Below, in pieces: positions 29,112-33,091 of a DNA stretch of 33,091 nucleotides. Each line of letters starts with the position of its first letter. The first letter of the stretch is position 1. The DNA is from a virus (taxonomy: Duplodnaviria > Caudoviricetes): positions 1-33,091 of IMG/VR virus record IMGVR_UViG_3300030433_003336, one strand, 5' to 3'. Below the pieces are notes generated by a model. It searched no databases and was not told the DNA's origin. It saw only the letters and a list, made by a program, of their open reading frames with translations. The translations under genes and the position numbers were made by a program.

Positions 29112-29789
29112 TTATTTATTTTCACCTTCTTCGGGTGCATTTTCACGTTCTTTTGCGGTTTTCCAGAAATATTCGTCCTCACGACCCATTCCAAGTCGAT
29201 CATTTCCATTTTCGACCTGATAATATTGCGTCGAAACCTTAAAATCAGGCATTTTAGGGTCAACAGGGGTCAGACTATTGTCAAAAATGCGTAATCTATT
29301 GTTTGGATACAGTGCATACTGCCCATTTTCAAGTTCAATCAGGTTATGAGACTTGTGTTCGGCAGGATTTTCACTTGTTGCCCAGTCAACATAGTCCGGA
29401 TCATGGTGATAATTGTCAATTGTGCAGACATAGGTGCCTTTTACAATACCATGATCCCTTGTATAACACTCAAAGTCCATAGAACCAATGAATTTCTTAT
29501 CTACCGATACGACCCCATAGTCCATGCAATTCCAAAACTGTAAGTTTGGTAGACTCATGTCCGGTGAAGGGGTCTCAGGATCCGATACAAAGGCACTGAT
29601 TGGCAGTTTATCATACATTGCCGCATACTCTGGTAAATAGGTCTCAAAATAAAAAGCACGTCCAGGAATCGACTTAACCGAAACCCAGACGCCCTTGACA
29701 AATTCACCATGTCCACTTTGATGATCGGTTAGATATTCTTTTCTAACCCATACTTCCATTGAAGGAAGATTAGCAATTAAACATGCCAT
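29112..29789 (-). CDS. Conserved phage hypothetical protein (225 aa)
   Basis: Long ORF on the coding strand with WVRKEYL.D...GHGEF, YDKLPISAF, LQFWNC, EHKSHN and GQYALYPNNR. I recall similar proteins in marine T4-like phages; function unknown. Confidence 0.8.
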   Translation of the reverse strand: MACLIANLPSMEVWVRKEYLTDHQSGHGEFVKGVWVSVKSIPGRAFYFETYLPEYAAMYDKLPISAFVSDPETPSPDMSLPNLQFWNCMDYGVVSVDKKFIGSMDFECYTRDHGIVKGTYVCTIDNYHHDPDYVDWATSENPAEHKSHNLIELENGQYALYPNNRLRIFDNSLTPVDPKMPDFKVSTQYYQVENGNDRLGMGREDEYFWKTAKERENAPEEGENK

Positions 29790-29815
29790 GTGACTTTACA
29801 AAACTATACTATGTA

Positions 29816-29965
29816 TTATCGTCCCTGTCCTCGATACCTCTTACGAGCCGAGTTACGCGACGTTGCCGCATATTTTGTATTCTTACCGTCTCCTTGACGA
29901 GACTTTTTCGGTTTACCCGGCATAAAACCGTCTTTGACTACACCAACCTTTGAACGAACTGCCAT
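29816..29965 (-). CDS. Small, very basic protein (49 aa), not in the ORF track
   Basis: Hand translation MAVRSKVGVVKDGFMPGKPKKSRQGDGKNTKYAATSRNSARKRYRGQGR*. SD AAGGAG lies 4 nt upstream of the ATG. Confidence 0.78.
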   Translation of the reverse strand: MAVRSKVGVVKDGFMPGKPKKSRQGDGKNTKYAATSRNSARKRYRGQGR

Positions 29966-29973
29966 AATACTCC

Positions 29974-30138
29974 TTAAATTTCAAACATTTTTGTTTCAAG
30001 ATCTTGAGGTCTTGGAGAACCTTTCTGATAATACTCTATCGAAAGGTCCTCCATAATATCAAAATATTCTTCCTCCGTCAAGTTTCTATAAAGTATATTA
30101 CCCTTGTGGAGAATTGTATATTTTGTCTGTTTTTTCAT
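29974..30138 (-). CDS. Small hypothetical protein (54 aa)
   Basis: MKKQTKYTILHKGNILYRNLTEEEYFDIMEDLSIEYY... The start is reassigned to 30138, where the ATG overlaps the upstream stop (TGATG coupling). Confidence 0.7.
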   Translation of the reverse strand: MKKQTKYTILHKGNILYRNLTEEEYFDIMEDLSIEYYQKGSPRPQDLETKMFEI

Positions 30139-30896
30139 CAGATGACCCTTGTCTTTTCGTGACCGACTCTGATACGAGGATCGCACCAGATTTCAAAACC
30201 TGCTTCTTTTGCATCGAGACAGAATGATACATCTTCTCCACACATGTCCTGAACCTCTCCAGACTCAAAGACCTGCATCTTTGGTGCAAACCATGGATAC
30301 TTAATATCAGAGTGCTCAAAGACACCGTGCTTGATCAGCAACCATCCGAAACCTGCATAATCCACCGTGAATGGTTTACGTCGTTTCTGAATGCTCTCTG
30401 AGGTTTCGTGATTCATCACACCACCATTGTTACGGAAATCATCCTCTTCCATCCAGTGTGCAACACTTGTAGTACGACCGTCTTCCGTCAAATACCATCC
30501 ACTTGCAATGTCTTGATCCATTAGAACCAATTGCCAGAACTTCTCAGTGTTGAATACAATGTCACTGTCAATCCATAGTTGCCAATCATAGTGCAACTTT
30601 CCGTCCCAGGGAATCTGATCGGGTCCTCGCAATACATTCGCACCCAGACACTTGCATCTTGCAAAATTCACCATTGATGAATAATCTTGCGAGATCTGAA
30701 TACTTGCCCCTGCCTGCACAAGATCAAAACAAAGTTGAACAAAATTTTTGAGATACGTGTAGGAGACTCCTCTACCGGGCAGACAAAAGACAATGGTTTT
30801 TCCTTTCACCATTTCCTTTGCCTTATCATAGTCCCATTCTTGAGTACTCTCTGATGGTTTGGGTGCTTTTGCTTTTACTGTGAATCCTTTAGCCAT
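30138..30896 (-). CDS. Putative glycosyltransferase (GT-A fold, GT2-like)
   Basis: N-terminal strand IVFCLPG, NFAR, DxD motif in LWIDSDIVF, GFGWLLI, GEDVSFC and IWCDPRIRVGH follow the GT-A/GT2-like motif order. Confidence 0.72.
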   Translation of the reverse strand: MAKGFTVKAKAPKPSESTQEWDYDKAKEMVKGKTIVFCLPGRGVSYTYLKNFVQLCFDLVQAGASIQISQDYSSMVNFARCKCLGANVLRGPDQIPWDGKLHYDWQLWIDSDIVFNTEKFWQLVLMDQDIASGWYLTEDGRTTSVAHWMEEDDFRNNGGVMNHETSESIQKRRKPFTVDYAGFGWLLIKHGVFEHSDIKYPWFAPKMQVFESGEVQDMCGEDVSFCLDAKEAGFEIWCDPRIRVGHEKTRVI

Positions 30897-30939
30897 AACT
30901 GTAAGTAACTACATCACTATCATAACACTCTATCTATAA

Positions 30940-31131
30940 TCAGTCAATATCACGAATTATAATACAGTCGTTCTCAACCTCGATGTTTACTTCTACTCCC
31001 TCATACCACCCCTTCTCATCACAAATCCACTCAGGAATTATAATATAATGCTCCCCCGATACTGGGTCGATCTCTATGGTCGTTAAATTTTCCTGCGGAT
31101 TTTTTTGCATATCTTTAAACCCTTGTGCCAT
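30940..31131 (-). CDS. Small AbrB/MazE/SpoVT-like (swapped-hairpin) protein
   Basis: YIIIPEWICDEKGWYEGVEVNIEVENDCIIIR fits the AbrB-type pattern (I.IP..i...lg...Gd.v.i.......I.I). Confidence 0.6.
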   Translation of the reverse strand: MAQGFKDMQKNPQENLTTIEIDPVSGEHYIIIPEWICDEKGWYEGVEVNIEVENDCIIIRDID

Positions 31132-31173
31132 TTTTTATATATGAAAAAATTTTTTTATGAGAGAGAAATAACG

Positions 31174-31217
31174 AAGTCGATCTGGGTCGTTTATAGCTTA
31201 GAGGGACCCATCGATTT
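31174..31217. repeat. Imperfect inverted repeat / hairpin in the non-coding junction
   Basis: aagtcgatctgggtc (31174-31188) pairs with gacccatcgattt (31205-31217), with a 2-nt bulge and a 16-nt loop. Confidence 0.65.
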
Positions 31218-31244
31218 TATATACGGGGGCGGGGCACGGCGGGC

Positions 31245-31271
31245 AACACATAAGGGGGGCATATACCCCCC
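31245..31271 (-). terminator. Possible intrinsic terminator ending the early-type transcript
   Basis: Minus strand GGGGGG-TATATG-CCCCCC followed by TTATGTGTT, about 30 nt after the stop of the 303-aa gene. The U-tract is weak. Confidence 0.5.
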
Positions 31272-31299
31272 AACTGCTGATATCACGAACGAATGATTA

Positions 31300-32211
31300 T
31301 CAGACTGTTGCATACTTAGGGTTGTTGAAGTTAGCAACACTGAAGGACCGACGATTGACCAACTTAAATGTTCCAAACTCATTGTGCATTACATAACCCT
31401 CACCGGAAATTCTTTCACCGTTGAGGTATGCTTCGGGTCCGTCAAGTTGACGACACTGAGAACGCAAATCATCCTTCAAAACTATCATCAACCCGTAGAG
31501 GTGCATGAGTTTATCATTGCCCAGGAAATCGTCGTTGGTGAGTGCATAACCCTCACGGATAGAACGATTAACATTCTTCTTGATTTGTGCTGCTTCCTTA
31601 TCACTAACGAAGGAAACAGTTTGCATCAGTTCCTCAATCATATTCACGACGGGAGGTAACTCAAACTCCTCACCCAGTTCGTGATACCAACCGGAATAAA
31701 TGTAAGCATCACTCTTAACGAACTTACAGTAGGGAGTATCAGTGATGACGAAATCTAGGGGACGTGCGATAGCATCACGCAGGTCAGATTCTGCAGTGTA
31801 AAGTGTATGCGGAGCAATGATGATTTCCTCCCGCACGATGTTAGGGAATTTGTAAGTTATGGTGTTTGGTGTATACTCATCGGAACCACCGAAACCAATA
31901 AAATCACCCTGAAAAATGCCGTTGGTTTGTGGTAGATAGTCGTAGCAATTGTGGAGGATAGTGGCAACGATGCCGGTGTGGTTAGCATCAATATCCTGGT
32001 GCGATTCGTTGATCTTTATCTTCACTTTGTTGAACACAGATTTGGTGCCAACGAAGAAGTTTCCAGTCGCAGGATTGATGCCCCAAACAATAGCAGGAGC
32101 ACCATCGATTTTCATGGAAAGATGTTGCTTACCTTTGATAGATTGCAGGAACGAAGTGTCACCGGTCAGGATGGTATCTTCGGGGTGTTCGATGTGAAGA
32201 ATTTTGGTCAT
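31300..32211 (-). CDS. DUF6267-like protein with covalent nucleotidyltransferase (RNA-ligase-like) motifs
   Basis: N-terminal HIEHPED; motif I KIDG; Ia-like VGTKS; III-like FQGDFI; IV EGYV; V-like FKLVNR. The family name is from recall, not from a search. Confidence 0.65.
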   Translation of the reverse strand: MTKILHIEHPEDTILTGDTSFLQSIKGKQHLSMKIDGAPAIVWGINPATGNFFVGTKSVFNKVKIKINESHQDIDANHTGIVATILHNCYDYLPQTNGIFQGDFIGFGGSDEYTPNTITYKFPNIVREEIIIAPHTLYTAESDLRDAIARPLDFVITDTPYCKFVKSDAYIYSGWYHELGEEFELPPVVNMIEELMQTVSFVSDKEAAQIKKNVNRSIREGYALTNDDFLGNDKLMHLYGLMIVLKDDLRSQCRQLDGPEAYLNGERISGEGYVMHNEFGTFKLVNRRSFSVANFNNPKYATV

Positions 32212-32240
32212 GATTGAAGAAGAAAAGTGAAAACAATTGA

Positions 32241-32258
32241 GGGGGAGATTAGTCCCCC
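32241..32258. other. GC-rich intergenic hairpin (terminator or mRNA-stability element)
   Basis: ggggga-gattag-tccccc lies 7 nt after the stop of the 120-aa gene and is followed on the minus strand by a pyrimidine-rich tract. Confidence 0.55.
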
Positions 32259-32265
32259 AGAGTTG

Positions 32266-32628
32266 TCATCCTGCCAGACGCATTCCAGAGGTGAAAGGAA
32301 TAGTCCGCATTGCATTTTCTGTCAGGTCGAACATTTGAATGAACCACTCAAATTGTTTCTGAAAAATGAACTCTTGCTTAGTTCCGCAAGTGTAACCGAA
32401 CTCAGAAAGAAGTGCATTTAGACGGGATTTTGTGGTGGTAGTTTGCCACCCACCGTCAAACAATTTGAGGAAGTCATCACCAACCTCGGCAATTTTGTTA
32501 CCGTGCAGATATACATGGGACACGGGAGAATGCACATTGTCGCAAGTGTGAAAAACTTGGGTGTTTCCAGATTTCCAGTCAGTGTTACCTTTGATTGCGG
32601 CAATCATCTGCTGTTCGATCTTACGCAT
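32266..32628 (-). CDS. Phage hypothetical protein (120 aa), early-type
   Basis: MRKIEQQMIAAI...VYLHGNKIAEV...DGGWQTTTTKSRLNALL. The start is moved from 32706 to the ATG at 32628 because the extension overlaps a sigma70-like promoter. Confidence 0.78.
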   Translation of the reverse strand: MRKIEQQMIAAIKGNTDWKSGNTQVFHTCDNVHSPVSHVYLHGNKIAEVGDDFLKLFDGGWQTTTTKSRLNALLSEFGYTCGTKQEFIFQKQFEWFIQMFDLTENAMRTIPFTSGMRLAG

Positions 32629-32677
32629 GAATGAAAAGTGTAGAACGTTTGTGAAGTGAAATCCCCTCCACTCCTCT

Positions 32678-32706
32678 AAGATAGTCGATTTTGGGGGCAG
32701 TGCCAA
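32678..32706 (-). promoter_or_regulatory. Sigma70-like early promoter TTGGCA-N17-TATCTT
   Basis: The -35 box is at 32706-32701 and the -10 box at 32683-32678, with exactly 17 nt between them, about 50 nt upstream of the ATG at 32628. Confidence 0.6.
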
Positions 32707-32711
32707 AAAAT

Positions 32712-32735
32712 TGTGCCACCTATCCGACCGTCACA
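32712..32735. promoter_or_regulatory. Pseudo-palindromic operator-like element upstream of the -35 box
   Basis: TGTGCC-ACCTATCCGACC-GTCACA: inverted TGTG(A/C)C half-sites 12 nt apart, 5 nt upstream of the -35 hexamer. Confidence 0.55.
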
Positions 32736-32862
32736 TCCGTTCCATTTGTTTCTCTATAGTTTCCCGGCGTTCGTTCATAACATCTACCAGATCAGAATCC
32801 AGCAGGTCGATGAGAAGATTAGCACCAAGAATGATGACAATTGAAGCAAGGAAGATACGCAT
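32731..32862 (-). CDS. Small protein with N-terminal hydrophobic segment (43 aa), not in the ORF track
   Basis: Hand translation MRIFLASIVIILGANLLIDLLDSDLVDVMNERRETIEKQMERM*. It has a pyrimidine-rich leader like its neighbours. Confidence 0.6.
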   Translation of the reverse strand: MRIFLASIVIILGANLLIDLLDSDLVDVMNERRETIEKQMERM

Positions 32863-32896
32863 GAGAAAGTGTTAATAAAGGACGAAGGAGTTAGTG

Positions 32897-33091
32897 TTAG
32901 TTACCGAAGAACTCATCGTGACAATCTGCCACGAAATCTATAAGTTCATCAGTTGCATCAAGTGCGAAACGATCACAAACCCAATCGACACAATCATTCA
33001 GAGAAGGCATCATCTCACACATGTAATTTGCGAGGTCTGATGCAATCATCTCTTTGAGTTGCCGCATGTCACTTTGCATCGCATAAGTGCA
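32897..33091 (-). CDS. Small acidic hypothetical protein, possibly 5'-truncated
   Basis: The frame stays open from the window edge (CTYAMQSDMRQLKEMIASDL...CHDEFFGN*), so the real start may lie outside the window. Confidence 0.6.
   Translation of the reverse strand, partial: CTYAMQSDMRQLKEMIASDLANYMCEMMPSLNDCVDWVCDRFALDATDELIDFVADCHDEFFGN

Noticed and set aside
1229-29543. Numerous + strand ORFs in the track (e.g. 9485-9883, 20046-20702, 25089-25412, 28009-28299)
   Set aside because: They are antisense to well-supported long genes, have no recognisable motifs or RBS, and are expected from codon bias on the opposite strand.
30139-30186. 16-aa N-terminal extension of the 70-aa ORF
   Set aside because: It overlaps the GT-like gene out of frame. 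The coupled TGATG start at 30138 is more parsimonious.
31105-31382. 63-aa ORFs spanning the structured junction on either strand
   Set aside because: They overlap real genes, run through homopolymer hairpins and have no RBS or protein-like features.
32629-32706. 26-aa N-terminal extension of the 146-aa ORF
   Set aside because: It starts at a TTG that coincides with the -35 box and runs through the promoter and leader. The ATG at 32628 is more plausible.
1-33091. tRNA genes, CRISPR array, stop-codon reassignment, photosynthesis auxiliary genes
   Set aside because: I saw no cloverleaf/T-loop signatures or regularly spaced repeats. Genes are full length under the standard code with TAA, TAG and TGA all used as stops. 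No psbA, hli or similar genes were recognised.

Overview
A 33-kb segment of a T4-like cyanomyovirus genome (probably a Synechococcus or Prochlorococcus phage; host is inferred). Every credible gene is on the minus strand. In transcription order (right to left) it has four parts. (1) The end of an early-type region (about 31.3-33.1 kb), with small hypothetical genes, a sigma70-like promoter preceded by a TGTG(A/C)C pseudo-palindrome, and a DUF6267-like protein carrying RNA-ligase-type nucleotidyltransferase motifs. (2) A structured non-coding junction (about 31.13-31.30 kb). (3) A cluster of small or conserved genes: AbrB-like, GT-A glycosyltransferase-like, a 54-aa protein, a 49-aa very basic peptide, a 225-aa protein, and a 58-aa protein whose Shine-Dalgarno lies in a hairpin. 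(4) The late virion module under TATAAATA promoters: gp25, gp6, a 3990-aa gp7-like protein, gp8, a 2384-aa VrlC-like protein, two small proteins, a short fibre, gp13, gp14, gp15, gp16, and a truncated modular protein missing from the ORF track. I found no tRNA, CRISPR array, intron, intein or mobile element. Best leads: a pervasive G-[IVLF]-[GSAT]-T motif in virion proteins next to a glycosyltransferase (possible virion glycosylation), the ligase-like early protein, the structured early/late junction, the SD-sequestering leader, and a possible protease-processed polyprotein after gp16. All functional ideas are hypotheses; no searches were run.
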